Shown here: positions 1 to 8,829 of the stretch, piece after piece | How positions within the stretch are numbered: the stretch's first letter is position 1 | Layout of the letters: each line of letters begins with the position of its first letter | Assembly: GCA_049942965.1 (NCBI GenBank) | Contig: CP188088.1 | Coordinates: 390,001-422,000, forward strand | Direction of reading: 5' to 3' | DNA: 32,000 bases | Source of the DNA: Candidatus Saccharimonadota bacterium | Lineage (GTDB): Bacteria; Pseudomonadota; Gammaproteobacteria; Enterobacterales; Enterobacteriaceae | Made by a program: the position numbers and the translations under genes | Notes under the pieces: model-generated | Databases searched by the model: none | What the model saw: the letters and a program-made list of their open reading frames with translations, nothing else | What the model was told of the DNA's origin: nothing

Positions 1-310
1 TAAAAAACATCATTTCTATAAACCCGATCCATGTAGTATCATTTATAGTTGTTACCCAAGAATATATATAAATTATTTCAACATCAAAAATAACAAAAAG
101 CATGGCTACTAAATAAAATTTAACAGCATAACCAAAATTAATATTTGAAATGCCATCTATACCAGATTCAAATGGAATATTTTTTTTTTCTTTTGATTTT
201 TCTCCTAATAACCAACCAAACAAAAGCATTAAAATTGGTATCAAAAAAGATAAAAATATAAAACAAAAAAAAGAAGAACTTAAAAAAAAAGAAGTATAAA
301 ACATAGACAT
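1..310 (-). CDS. nuoA: NADH-quinone oxidoreductase subunit A (partial; the 3' end runs off the window)
   Basis: Manual minus-strand translation from the ATG at 310-308 gives MSMFYTSFFLSSSFFCFIFLSFLIPILMLLFGWLLGEKSKEKKNIPFESGIDGISNINFGYAVKFYLVAMLFVIFDVEIIYIYSWVTTINDTTWIGFIEMMFF... The PFESGID and KFYLVAM(L/F)FVIFDVE blocks are the NuoA/ND3 signature. It is absent from the ORF track because there is no in-window stop. Confidence 0.85.
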   Translation of the reverse strand, partial: MSMFYTSFFLSSSFFCFIFLSFLIPILMLLFGWLLGEKSKEKKNIPFESGIDGISNINFGYAVKFYLVAMLFVIFDVEIIYIYSWVTTINDTTWIGFIEMMFF

Positions 311-432
311 ACTTATTCCAGAAATATTATTAAATAAAAAAATATTATATCATAATTAATTATTCAATAAATTGAGAATTTGAAGTCGAACTTTATTATT
401 TTTCTTTTTATAGAACTAGTTTTTTTTTAAAT

Positions 433-464
433 CCCCTTGATCGAATGTAAATAGCCCCCATCTA
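433..464 (+). promoter_or_regulatory. Sigma-32 (RpoH) heat-shock promoter of dnaK-dnaJ
   Basis: CCCCTTGAT (433-441), a 14-nt spacer, then CCCCATCTA (456-464). This matches the sigma-32 consensus (CCCTTGAA N13-17 CCCCATnTA) and, as I recall it, E. coli dnaK P1 (CCCCTTGAT-14 nt-CCCCATTTA). It lies about 60 nt upstream of the dnaK ATG, and the two C-runs stand out in very AT-rich flanks. Confidence 0.8.
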
Positions 465-525
465 ATAAATATTAGATGTTATTAATTTTAAATTGATTTT
501 TCAATCAAAAATTAGTGAGGAATAA

Positions 526-2442
526 ATGGGAAAAATTATTGGGATAGATTTAGGAACTACTAACTCCTGCATAGCTATAATGGATGGAAAACAAGCTAAA
601 GTACTTGAAAATTCAGAGGGAGAAAGAACTACTCCTTCCATAATAGCATATACGAAAGAAGGAGAAATACTTGTAGGACAACCTGCAAAAAGACAAGCTA
701 TTACTAATCCTAAAAATACACTTTTTGCAATAAAAAGACTTATTGGAAGACGTTTTAAAGACGAAGAAGTACAACGTGATATTAAAATAATGCCTTATGA
801 AATTGTAAAATCAAATAATGGAGATGCTTGGATAAATATAAAAAATAAAAAAGTTGCACCACCTCAAATTTCTGCTGAAGTTTTAAAAAAAATGAAAAAA
901 ACAGCAGAAGATTATCTAGGAGAAAAAGTTACTGAAGCAGTTATTACAGTTCCTGCTTATTTTAATGATGCACAAAGACAAGCTACTAAAGATGCCGGGA
1001 AAATTGCAGGAATGGAAATAAAAAGAATAATTAACGAACCAACTGCTGCAGCTCTAGCATATGGATTAGATAAAGGAAAAGGCAATCGAACCATTGCAGT
1101 GTATGACCTTGGAGGAGGTACTTTTGATATTTCTATAATTGAAATTGATGACGTTGATCAAGAAAAAACATTCGAAGTGTTAGCAACAAACGGAGACACC
1201 CATTTAGGTGGAGAAGATTTCGATAGCAGAATCATAAACTATTTAGTACAAGAATTTAAAAAAGAACAAGGAATGGACTTAAGAAATGATCCTTTAGCTA
1301 TGCAACGATTAAAAGAAGCGGCAGAAAAAGCAAAAATTGAACTTTCTTCAGCTCAACAAACTGACGTGAATTTACCATATATTACAGCTGATTCTTCAGG
1401 ACCAAAACACCTAAATATAAAAGTTACCAGATCAAAATTAGAATCTTTAGTAGAAGACTTAGTACTTCGGTCTATTGAACCAGTAAAAACAGCACTTAAA
1501 GATGCAAAATTATCTGTTTCAGATATTAATGATGTAATTTTAGTAGGTGGTCAAACAAGAATGCCAATGGTTCAGAAAACAGTGTCAAAATTTTTTGGGA
1601 AAAATCCTAGAAAAGACGTTAATCCAGATGAAGCTGTAGCTGTAGGAGCTGCTGTACAAGGTGGAGTATTATCTGGTAGCGTAAAAGATGTTTTATTATT
1701 AGATGTAACTCCATTATCTTTAGGAATTGAAACTATGGGTGGTATTATGACGACTGTAATTAAAAAAAATACTACTATACCAACTAAACATAGTCAAATT
1801 TTCTCTACTGCAGAAGATAATCAATCAGCTGTAACTATACACGTATTGCAAGGAGAAAGAAAACGATCAATTGATAATAAATCTTTAGGTCAATTTAATT
1901 TAGATGGTATTCAACCAGCTCAGAGAGGAGTTCCTCAAATAGAGGTTACGTTCGATATAGATGCTGATGGAATACTACACGTATTTGCAAAAGATAAAAA
2001 TACTGGAAAAGAGCAAAAAATTATCATCAAAGCATCATCAGGACTAAATGAAGATGAAATAAAAAAAATGGTTTCCGATGCAGAATCTAATTCAGAATCA
2101 GATCGACAATTCGAAGAACTAGTAAAAGTAAGAAATCAAGGTGATCAACTATCTCATAGTACTAAGAAGAAATTGGAAGAAATGGGATCAAGTATAAATG
2201 AAGATTCAAAAAATAAAATACAAAAATCAATTAATAATTTAGATTACTCTTTAAAAGGAGAAAACAAAACGGAAATTGAAAATAATATTCAAAACCTGTT
2301 AAAAATTTCTTCTCAATTACTAAAAGAAACACAAGAAAATCAAAATTCTAACAATTTTAATCAAAAAAAAAATGATTCTATAAAAAAAGAAGATAATGTA
2401 GTAGATGCTGAATTTGAAGAAATTAAAGATACAAAAAAATAA
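526..2442 (+). CDS. dnaK: Molecular chaperone DnaK (Hsp70)
   Basis: 638-aa ORF, the same length as E. coli DnaK. Contains [17 protein letters not shown] and the C-terminal [17 protein letters not shown] Shine-Dalgarno lies 4 nt before the ATG. Confidence 0.98.
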   Translation: MGKIIGIDLGTTNSCIAIMDGKQAKVLENSEGERTTPSIIAYTKEGEILVGQPAKRQAITNPKNTLFAIKRLIGRRFKDEEVQRDIKIMPYEIVKSNNGDAWINIKNKKVAPPQISAEVLKKMKKTAEDYLGEKVTEAVITVPAYFNDAQRQATKDAGKIAGMEIKRIINEPTAAALAYGLDKGKGNRTIAVYDLGGGTFDISIIEIDDVDQEKTFEVLATNGDTHLGGEDFDSRIINYLVQEFKKEQGMDLRNDPLAMQRLKEAAEKAKIELSSAQQTDVNLPYITADSSGPKHLNIKVTRSKLESLVEDLVLRSIEPVKTALKDAKLSVSDINDVILVGGQTRMPMVQKTVSKFFGKNPRKDVNPDEAVAVGAAVQGGVLSGSVKDVLLLDVTPLSLGIETMGGIMTTVIKKNTTIPTKHSQIFSTAEDNQSAVTIHVLQGERKRSIDNKSLGQFNLDGIQPAQRGVPQIEVTFDIDADGILHVFAKDKNTGKEQKIIIKASSGLNEDEIKKMVSDAESNSESDRQFEELVKVRNQGDQLSHSTKKKLEEMGSSINEDSKNKIQKSINNLDYSLKGENKTEIENNIQNLLKISSQLLKETQENQNSNNFNQKKNDSIKKEDNVVDAEFEEIKDTKK

Positions 2443-2499
2443 AAAAATTTATTCTATAAAAAAAATTAAAAAAAAAAAAAAACTGATACTCCACCATAA

Positions 2500-2530
2500 C
2501 ACGGGTGCGGAATAATTTTTCCCACCCGTG
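2500..2530 (+). promoter_or_regulatory. G+C-rich stem-loop in the dnaK-dnaJ spacer (RNA structure of unknown role; not a canonical terminator)
   Basis: Perfect 8-bp stem CACGGGTG (2500-2507) / CACCCGTG (2523-2530) with a 15-nt loop. Six of the 8 pairs are G:C in a ~20% GC background. No T-run follows. Confidence 0.6.
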
Positions 2531-2567
2531 AATGCATATATTATAGTATAGGAAAAACGTTAAAAAA

Positions 2568-3716
2568 ATGACAAAACAAGATTATTACTATACCTTAGGA
2601 ATAAAAAAAACATCCACTGATAGAGAAATTAAAAAAGCATATAAACGACTAGCTATAAAATATCATCCTGATAGGAATCAAGGAGATAAAAATGCAGAAA
2701 CTAAATTTAAAGAAGTTAAAGAAGCATATGAAATTCTTATAGATCCTAAAAAAAGAGCGTCGTATGACCAATATGGCCATAATGCATTTCAACAAAGTTC
2801 AGGATATAATAGTAGTGGATTTAGTAGTACTTTTGAAACTACATCTGATTTTAGCGACATTTTTGGAGACGTTTTCGGAGATATCTTTGGAAATGAACAA
2901 CAACGATCTTCAAGAGGGTCTGATTTAAGATACAATATGGAATTAACTCTAGAAGAAGCAGTTCAGGGAACAAAAAAAATTATTCGAATTCCAATATTAC
3001 AAAAATGTAATAATTGTCATGGTAGTGGAGCTACTCCAGGAACTAGAAAAAAAAACTGTTCTACTTGTAATGGATCTGGAAAAATACAAATGAGAAAAGG
3101 ATTTTTTACTGTACAACAAACATGCACTACTTGCCAAGGTCAAAAAACAGTAATACAAAACCCCTGCTTTTCTTGTCATGGAAGTGGAAGAATAGAAAAA
3201 CCTAAGTCTATATCCATTAAAATTCCTGCAGGAATTAATACTAATGATCAAATAAAATTAAATAAAGAAGGAGAAGCCGGAGAAAATAATGCTTCATCTG
3301 GAGATTTATACATAAATATTACTGTTAAAAAACATCCAATTTTTAAAAGAAAAGAAAATGACTTATATTGTGAAGTACCCATCAATTTTTGTATGGCTGC
3401 ATTAGGAGGAAATTTAGAAGTTCCTACATTAGATGGAAAAGTCAAATTTAAAATACCTGCAGAAACTCAATCTGGAAAAACTTTTCGTATACCAAAAAAA
3501 GGAGTTATTTCTATTAGAAATAGAAAAAAAGGAGATCTTTTTTGTAAAATATTTGTAGAAACTCCAATTCGATTAAACAGAGAACAAAAAAGCTTATTAT
3601 ATAAGCTAGGAGAAAGTTTAGGGGGATGTAAAGGAGAAAGAAACAATCCTCATTCTAAAAGATTCTTTGATGGAGTAAAGAGATTTTTTGATGATCTAAC
3701 AACAAGGAATCGTTAA
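2568..3716 (+). CDS. dnaJ: Co-chaperone DnaJ (Hsp40)
   Basis: 382 aa. Has a J-domain with HPD (KYHPDRNQ), a G/F region ([10 protein letters not shown]) and four Cys-rich zinc repeats: [24 protein letters not shown] and CFSCHGSG. Confidence 0.97.
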   Translation: MTKQDYYYTLGIKKTSTDREIKKAYKRLAIKYHPDRNQGDKNAETKFKEVKEAYEILIDPKKRASYDQYGHNAFQQSSGYNSSGFSSTFETTSDFSDIFGDVFGDIFGNEQQRSSRGSDLRYNMELTLEEAVQGTKKIIRIPILQKCNNCHGSGATPGTRKKNCSTCNGSGKIQMRKGFFTVQQTCTTCQGQKTVIQNPCFSCHGSGRIEKPKSISIKIPAGINTNDQIKLNKEGEAGENNASSGDLYINITVKKHPIFKRKENDLYCEVPINFCMAALGGNLEVPTLDGKVKFKIPAETQSGKTFRIPKKGVISIRNRKKGDLFCKIFVETPIRLNREQKSLLYKLGESLGGCKGERNNPHSKRFFDGVKRFFDDLTTRNR

Positions 3717-3723
3717 TTAAAAA

Positions 3724-3759
3724 AGTATTGCTTCAATAAATAATTTAGGAAGCAATACT
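3724..3759. terminator. Stem-loop between convergent dnaJ and rpsT; a canonical intrinsic terminator for rpsT and possibly shared with dnaJ
   Basis: Perfect 11-bp stem AGTATTGCTTC (3724-3734) / GAAGCAATACT (3749-3759) with a 14-nt loop. On the minus strand it is followed by a T5 run (3719-3723). On the plus strand no T-run follows. Confidence 0.7.
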
Positions 3760-3808
3760 ATCGAGTATGTACTTAATATCGAATTAATTAATTTTATTTA
3801 ATTCTAAT

Positions 3809-4078
3809 TTAAATTTTTTTTAACTTTTTAAATTTTAATAAAAAGTTTGTTTTATGTCTAGCAGCTTTATTTTTATGTATTACCCCCTTTGTTGCAAATC
3901 TATCTAAAATAGATTGCATTTTTCGAAATACAATTTCTACCTTTTCTTTTTTTCCTTTTGTTATTTCTAAATTCGCTTTTTTAATAATATTTTTGATCAT
4001 AGATTTTTTCTTTATGTTTATTTTTCTTTTTTTTCTAGACTTTATTGCATCTTTTTTTGACGACTTTATGTTAGCCAT
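3809..4078 (-). CDS. rpsT: 30S ribosomal protein S20
   Basis: 89 aa and very basic. MANIKSSKKDAIKS... matches the S20 N-terminus (E. coli MANIKSAKKR...). Length is close to the 87 aa of E. coli. Confidence 0.95.
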   Translation of the reverse strand: MANIKSSKKDAIKSRKKRKINIKKKSMIKNIIKKANLEITKGKKEKVEIVFRKMQSILDRFATKGVIHKNKAARHKTNFLLKFKKLKKI

Positions 4079-4362
4079 ACTAAAACCTTATAAATAAATA
4101 ATTTGTAAAAATTATAATAAAAAGTATTATTAATAAATTATTAATTTTTTAAGTTTAAAAACTTTATAAAAATAATTTTACAAAAAAGTTAATTTTTTAA
4201 AAAATTAATTATTTTAGTTTTGTTTAATTAATGTTCATTTATTATGATGTTTAGAATACACGTTATTGATGAGATGATATTTTATTAACTTAATAATTAC
4301 ACAAAATTGTATTTTTTAATACATAAAATTTAAAAAAATAAATATTTTGTAAGAGAGAAAAA

Positions 4363-7203
4363 ATGAAAAATTATAAATTCACTTTAAATCTTCCAAAAAC
4401 TAAATTCCCTATGAAAGGAAATTTACCAAAAAAAGAAAAAGAAATAATAAAAGAATGGAATGATACTAATTTATATGAAAAAATTAGAAAAAACAAAAAA
4501 AACAATCCAATATTTTTTCTGCAAGATGGTCCTCCATATGCAAATGGAAATATTCATATGGGACATGCTGTTAACAAGATCTTAAAAGATATAATAATAA
4601 AATCTAAAAATATGAGTGGATATAACGCTCCATATATCCCTACTTGGGACTGTCATGGATTACCTATTGAACAACAAGTTGAGAAAATAGTAGGAAAGGC
4701 TGGATTTAAAATTTCTAAAACAAAATTCAGAGAACTTTGTAGAAAATATGCACTAACTCAAATTAAAATCCAAAAAAAAGAATTCATTAGATTAGGAGTA
4801 TTAGCTGATTGGAAAAATCCATATTTAACCATGGATTACAAATCAGAATCACAAATTATTCAATCAATCGGGAAAATCATAAAAAACGGTCATGTGTATC
4901 AAGAACTAAAACCTGTTCCTTGGTGCATTAAATGCGAATCTTCATTGTCTGATGCTGAAACAACATATTTAAAAAAAAAATCATGTTCAATATTTTTCAA
5001 AATAAAAGCAAACAACCATAATGAACTTAAATTAAAGTTCAATATTAAAAATCAAAAAGACATATATGCAATTGTATGGACAACAACTCCATGGACTTTA
5101 CCAGCTAGTAAAGCAATATCAATAAATCCAAACAATTATTATCAATTGATAGAAACTAAACGTTTTCTTTACATTGTATCAAAAAATACAGTTATAAAAA
5201 CAATAAAAAAAATAAAACTAAAACAATACAAAATAATAGGAGAGATAAAAGGTAAAAAACTTGAATTAATAAAATTTCAACATCCTTTTTTAAATTATAC
5301 CATACCTATTATTTTGTCTAATCATGTAACTGAAGAAATTGGTACTGGTTTAGTACATACTGCACCAGATCACGGAATAGAAGATTATATTGCAAGTAAA
5401 AAATACTCAATTTCTACAATTCATCTAGTTAGTTCTAATGGAAAATATATAAAAAATACACATCCTAAACTTGATGGAATTAAAATAAATAAATCAGAAA
5501 AAAAAATATTTTCCTTGCTTGATAAAAATCTACTGAAAATAGATCCTATAGAACATAATTATCAACATTGTTGGAGACATAAAACACCAATTATTTATAG
5601 AGCAACTCCTCAATTATTTATTTGTATGAACAAGAAAGGTCTTCTATCAACATCAATTAAATCTATTAAAAATGTCTCTTGGATACCAAAAACATCAAAA
5701 TCTAGATTTTATTCTATGTTAAACAATCGACCTGATTGGTGTATATCTAGACAAAGGTCATGGGGAGTACCTATTCCATTATTCATACATAAAGAAACAA
5801 AAAATATCCATCCGAATAGTTTTGAATTAATAGAAAAGATAGCACTTTTAGTAAAAGAACAAGGAATTGAAGCTTGGTGGAAACTAGATCCTAAAGAACT
5901 CCTAGGAGAACAACATCATAATTATATTAAAAACAATGACATTTTAGATGTTTGGTTTGAATCTGGATGTAGTCAAATTTCTATTTTAAACAGAAAGGAA
6001 TTTTCAAAAAGAAATCGTGCAGATATTTATTTAGAAGGTTCTGATCAACATAGAGGATGGTTTATGTCATCATTAATGATTTTTTCTGCTACAAAAAATA
6101 TAGCACCTTACCATTCTGTTTTAACTCATGGTTTTGTTGTAGATGAATCAGGAAAAAAAATGTCAAAATCAGAAGGAAATACAATTAGTCCAAAAAAAAT
6201 TATTGAGAGATTAGGTGCTGATGTATTGCGTTTATGGGTAGCTTCTATCGATTATACTAATGACATTACTATTTCAGAAAAAATTATTCAACAATTCTCT
6301 GAAATATATAAAAAAATTAGAAATACATCAAGATTTCTTTTGTCTAATTTAAATAATTTTAATCCAGCAACAGATTTAATTTGTCCATCTAAAATGATAT
6401 TTCTAGATAGATGGATAATTGACCAAACAAAAAAAACACAAACAAAAATAACAATTTTATATTCAAAATATAAATTTCACGAAATTGTACAACAAATAAC
6501 TAAATTTTGCTCAATCACGCTTAGTTCGTTTTATTTTGAAATAACGAAAGATCGACAATATACTACTAAAAAAACTAGTAATGCATATAAAAGTTGTCAA
6601 ACAAGTTTTTATCATATTTTACAATCTTTAGTCAGATGGATAGCACCAATTTTATCTTTTACAGCATATGAAATTTGGGGTTATTTATCTAAAATCGACA
6701 ATATTAAAAATTATAATTATTGTATTTTTATTCAAGAATGGTATAAAAATTTATTCTTTTTGTCTGACAAAGAAAGAATAAAAAGTCAAGAATGGAACTA
6801 TTTGATAAAAATCAGAAATGAAATAAATAAAATTTTAGATTCTTATAGAAAAACAAAAATAATAAAAAATTCCTTGGAATCATCCTTAACATTATATGTA
6901 AAAAAAAAACTTTTTAAAATTCTTTTAATCACAAAAAAAGAACTAAAATTTATATTTTTAACTTCTTCCGTGAAAATTAAAAAATATGATGAAGCACCTT
7001 TAGAAATTACTGAAAATAAAAATATAGCTGGATTAAAAATAAAAATAAAACAAATAAACGGAAAAAAATGCCCACGATGCTGGAATTATTATTCAAATCA
7101 CGTTTCTAATATAACTAATAATAATTGTTCAATAAAACAAGAAATTTGTCCTAGATGTATTTTAAATACTACAGGAAATGGAGAAAACAGATTATTTTTC
7201 TAA
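4363..7203 (+). CDS. ileS: Isoleucine--tRNA ligase
   Basis: 946 aa. Has the HIGH-type motif HMGH (GNIHMGHAVNK), KMSKS, CP1 editing motifs WTTTPWTLPAS and GTGLVHTAPDHG, and a C-terminal zinc knuckle CPRCW...CPRC. Confidence 0.98.
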   Translation: MKNYKFTLNLPKTKFPMKGNLPKKEKEIIKEWNDTNLYEKIRKNKKNNPIFFLQDGPPYANGNIHMGHAVNKILKDIIIKSKNMSGYNAPYIPTWDCHGLPIEQQVEKIVGKAGFKISKTKFRELCRKYALTQIKIQKKEFIRLGVLADWKNPYLTMDYKSESQIIQSIGKIIKNGHVYQELKPVPWCIKCESSLSDAETTYLKKKSCSIFFKIKANNHNELKLKFNIKNQKDIYAIVWTTTPWTLPASKAISINPNNYYQLIETKRFLYIVSKNTVIKTIKKIKLKQYKIIGEIKGKKLELIKFQHPFLNYTIPIILSNHVTEEIGTGLVHTAPDHGIEDYIASKKYSISTIHLVSSNGKYIKNTHPKLDGIKINKSEKKIFSLLDKNLLKIDPIEHNYQHCWRHKTPIIYRATPQLFICMNKKGLLSTSIKSIKNVSWIPKTSKSRFYSMLNNRPDWCISRQRSWGVPIPLFIHKETKNIHPNSFELIEKIALLVKEQGIEAWWKLDPKELLGEQHHNYIKNNDILDVWFESGCSQISILNRKEFSKRNRADIYLEGSDQHRGWFMSSLMIFSATKNIAPYHSVLTHGFVVDESGKKMSKSEGNTISPKKIIERLGADVLRLWVASIDYTNDITISEKIIQQFSEIYKKIRNTSRFLLSNLNNFNPATDLICPSKMIFLDRWIIDQTKKTQTKITILYSKYKFHEIVQQITKFCSITLSSFYFEITKDRQYTTKKTSNAYKSCQTSFYHILQSLVRWIAPILSFTAYEIWGYLSKIDNIKNYNYCIFIQEWYKNLFFLSDKERIKSQEWNYLIKIRNEINKILDSYRKTKIIKNSLESSLTLYVKKKLFKILLITKKELKFIFLTSSVKIKKYDEAPLEITENKNIAGLKIKIKQINGKKCPRCWNYYSNHVSNITNNNCSIKQEICPRCILNTTGNGENRLFF

Positions 7204-7216
7204 TAAAGATAAAAAA

Positions 7217-7648
7217 ATGAATAAAATAAAGATCTTTTCAATTTACTATATAATAATTTTATTTGACTATCTAACGAAACAATGGGTCAATAAAAATATT
7301 GATTTGAACCAAAAAAAACATATTGTGTCAATTTTAAACATTTCTCATATTCACAATTATGGAATTGTATTTGGTCTATTTTCTCAACAAAAAAAATATT
7401 TATTTTTTTTAAATTTTATTATATGTTCAATTTATATTATTTATTTAAATAGAAAAAAAACTACAAATTTTTACGATTTGTTAATAATAAGCGGTGCAAT
7501 AGGAAATTTAATAGATAGAATACATTACGGGTATATAATAGATTTTATTGATTTAAAGATATATAAGTTTCACTTTCCTAGCTTTAATGTTGCAGATACT
7601 TGTATTTTTTTTGGAATGTTACTTGTCTTATTAACAAAAAGTAAATAG
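7217..7648 (+). CDS. lspA: Lipoprotein signal peptidase (signal peptidase II)
   Basis: Membrane protein carrying GNLIDR and FNVADT, which hold the two catalytic Asp residues of SPase II. It sits directly after ileS, as in E. coli. The ORF-track start at 7178 overlaps ileS by 26 nt; I prefer the ATG at 7217 (MNKIKIF...), but the start is uncertain. Confidence 0.88.
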   Translation: MNKIKIFSIYYIIILFDYLTKQWVNKNIDLNQKKHIVSILNISHIHNYGIVFGLFSQQKKYLFFLNFIICSIYIIYLNRKKTTNFYDLLIISGAIGNLIDRIHYGYIIDFIDLKIYKFHFPSFNVADTCIFFGMLLVLLTKSK

Positions 7649-7887
7649 AACTATCTACTATAGATAATTAAATAAACACTACTTTTACAATTAAAAATAT
7701 ATTATACAATTAAAATCATCTATACATAAACAACCTAAAAAAATCTAAAAAATAAATAATTAACTTTTAAATAAAAAATTACACTTTAAAGATAAAATTT
7801 TAGTATAAAAATAAAAAACATCTCAATATTTTTTGTAAATCTAATAACTATAAACTAATAAAATAAACCTATAAATTAAAAAAATTA

Positions 7888-8685
7888 ATGACACTAACGA
7901 AACTTATGAAAAACAAAACAATAAAAATTGCTATATCAGGAGCATTAGGTAGAATGGGAAGAATATTAATTAAACAACTAATAAATAACTATAATTCTAA
8001 AACCATTTTAACAACAGCAATATCATCTAACAATAAAAAATACATAGGAAAGGATATTGGTAATGTACTTAAATTAGGTTCAACTAATGTTAAAATTTGC
8101 TCTGATTTTGAATTATCAAAACAAGATTTTGATGTATTAATAGATTTTACTCATCCAAAAAAAACAATGGAATATATCAATTTCTGTAAAAATAATAAAA
8201 AAAAAATCATTATAGGAACAACTGGTTTTAACAAAAATGAAGAAAAAAAAATAAAAAACATTTCTAAAGAAATAGGTGTTGTATTATCTTCTAATTTTAG
8301 TATAGGAATTAATATATTAATTAAAGTTATTGAAGATATTTCCAAAATTATTGGTAAAAAATCTGAAATAAAAATAATTGAATATCATCATAATAAAAAA
8401 ATAGATTCCCCTTCAGGAACAGCTATCACTTTAAAAAAAACCATAAAAAACACAATATATAAAAAATTTAAAAAAACAAAAAACATTGATATTTCATCCA
8501 TTAGAATGGGAGATATTAGTGGTGAACATAGTGTTTTTTTTTCACTACTAGGAGAATATTTAGAAATTACTCATAAATCTATAAACAGAAAAATTTTTGC
8601 AAATGGAGCAATAGACGCAGCTGTTTGGCTACAATCAAAAAAAACTGGATTATTTAGTATGCAACAAGTTTTAAAATTAATTTAG
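7888..8685 (+). CDS. dapB: 4-hydroxy-tetrahydrodipicolinate reductase
   Basis: Contains IKIAISGALGRMGR (Rossmann fold), IIGTTGF, EYHHNKKIDSPSGTA (E. coli EAHHRHKVDAPSGTA) and ITHKS. The alternative start at 7906 (MKNKTIKIAISG) aligns residue-for-residue with E. coli MHDANIRVAIAG. Confidence 0.93.
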   Translation: MTLTKLMKNKTIKIAISGALGRMGRILIKQLINNYNSKTILTTAISSNNKKYIGKDIGNVLKLGSTNVKICSDFELSKQDFDVLIDFTHPKKTMEYINFCKNNKKKIIIGTTGFNKNEEKKIKNISKEIGVVLSSNFSIGINILIKVIEDISKIIGKKSEIKIIEYHHNKKIDSPSGTAITLKKTIKNTIYKKFKKTKNIDISSIRMGDISGEHSVFFSLLGEYLEITHKSINRKIFANGAIDAAVWLQSKKTGLFSMQQVLKLI

Positions 8686-8829
8686 TAAAAAATTAGCTAA
8701 AAATACAAAAAAAATAAACATAAAAAATATAAATATTAAACTAAAACAAAAAAATAAAGTTTAAAGAAATTTAAAAATATTCAAAAAATAAAAAAAAAAA
8801 AAATAGCCAAATAATAAAATACTTAATAT

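Noticed and set aside
459-478. A 20-bp inverted repeat, CATCTAAT-aaat-ATTAGATG, overlaps the -10 element of the dnaK sigma-32 promoter and could be an operator.
   Set aside because: The arms are mostly A/T. By a rough composition-based estimate, dozens of 8-bp inverted repeats with short loops are expected in 32 kb of this sequence. No regulator is implied, so I treat it as chance unless it proves conserved.
2997-3445. Two minus-strand ORFs (84 and 65 aa) lie antisense to dnaJ.
   Set aside because: They lie entirely within the well-conserved dnaJ frame. They have low-complexity Ser/Phe/Leu-rich translations and no recognisable motifs. Such ORFs are an expected artefact of AT-rich codon bias.
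4240-4262. The short ORF ATG TTC ATT TAT TAT GAT GTT TAG in the rpsT-ileS spacer could be a ribF remnant.
   Set aside because: It has only 7 codons and no resemblance to the RibF N-terminus as I recall it.
7178-7216. The lspA ORF has a 13-codon N-terminal extension (MEKTDYFSNKDKK) that overlaps ileS.
   Set aside because: The extension is hydrophilic and unlike the LspA N-terminus. The ATG at 7217 starts directly at the first transmembrane segment and avoids the overlap. I kept it as an alternative start only.
8151-8345. A 64-aa minus-strand ORF lies inside dapB.
   Set aside because: It is antisense to a conserved gene and is Ile/Phe/Leu-rich junk with no ribosome-binding site.
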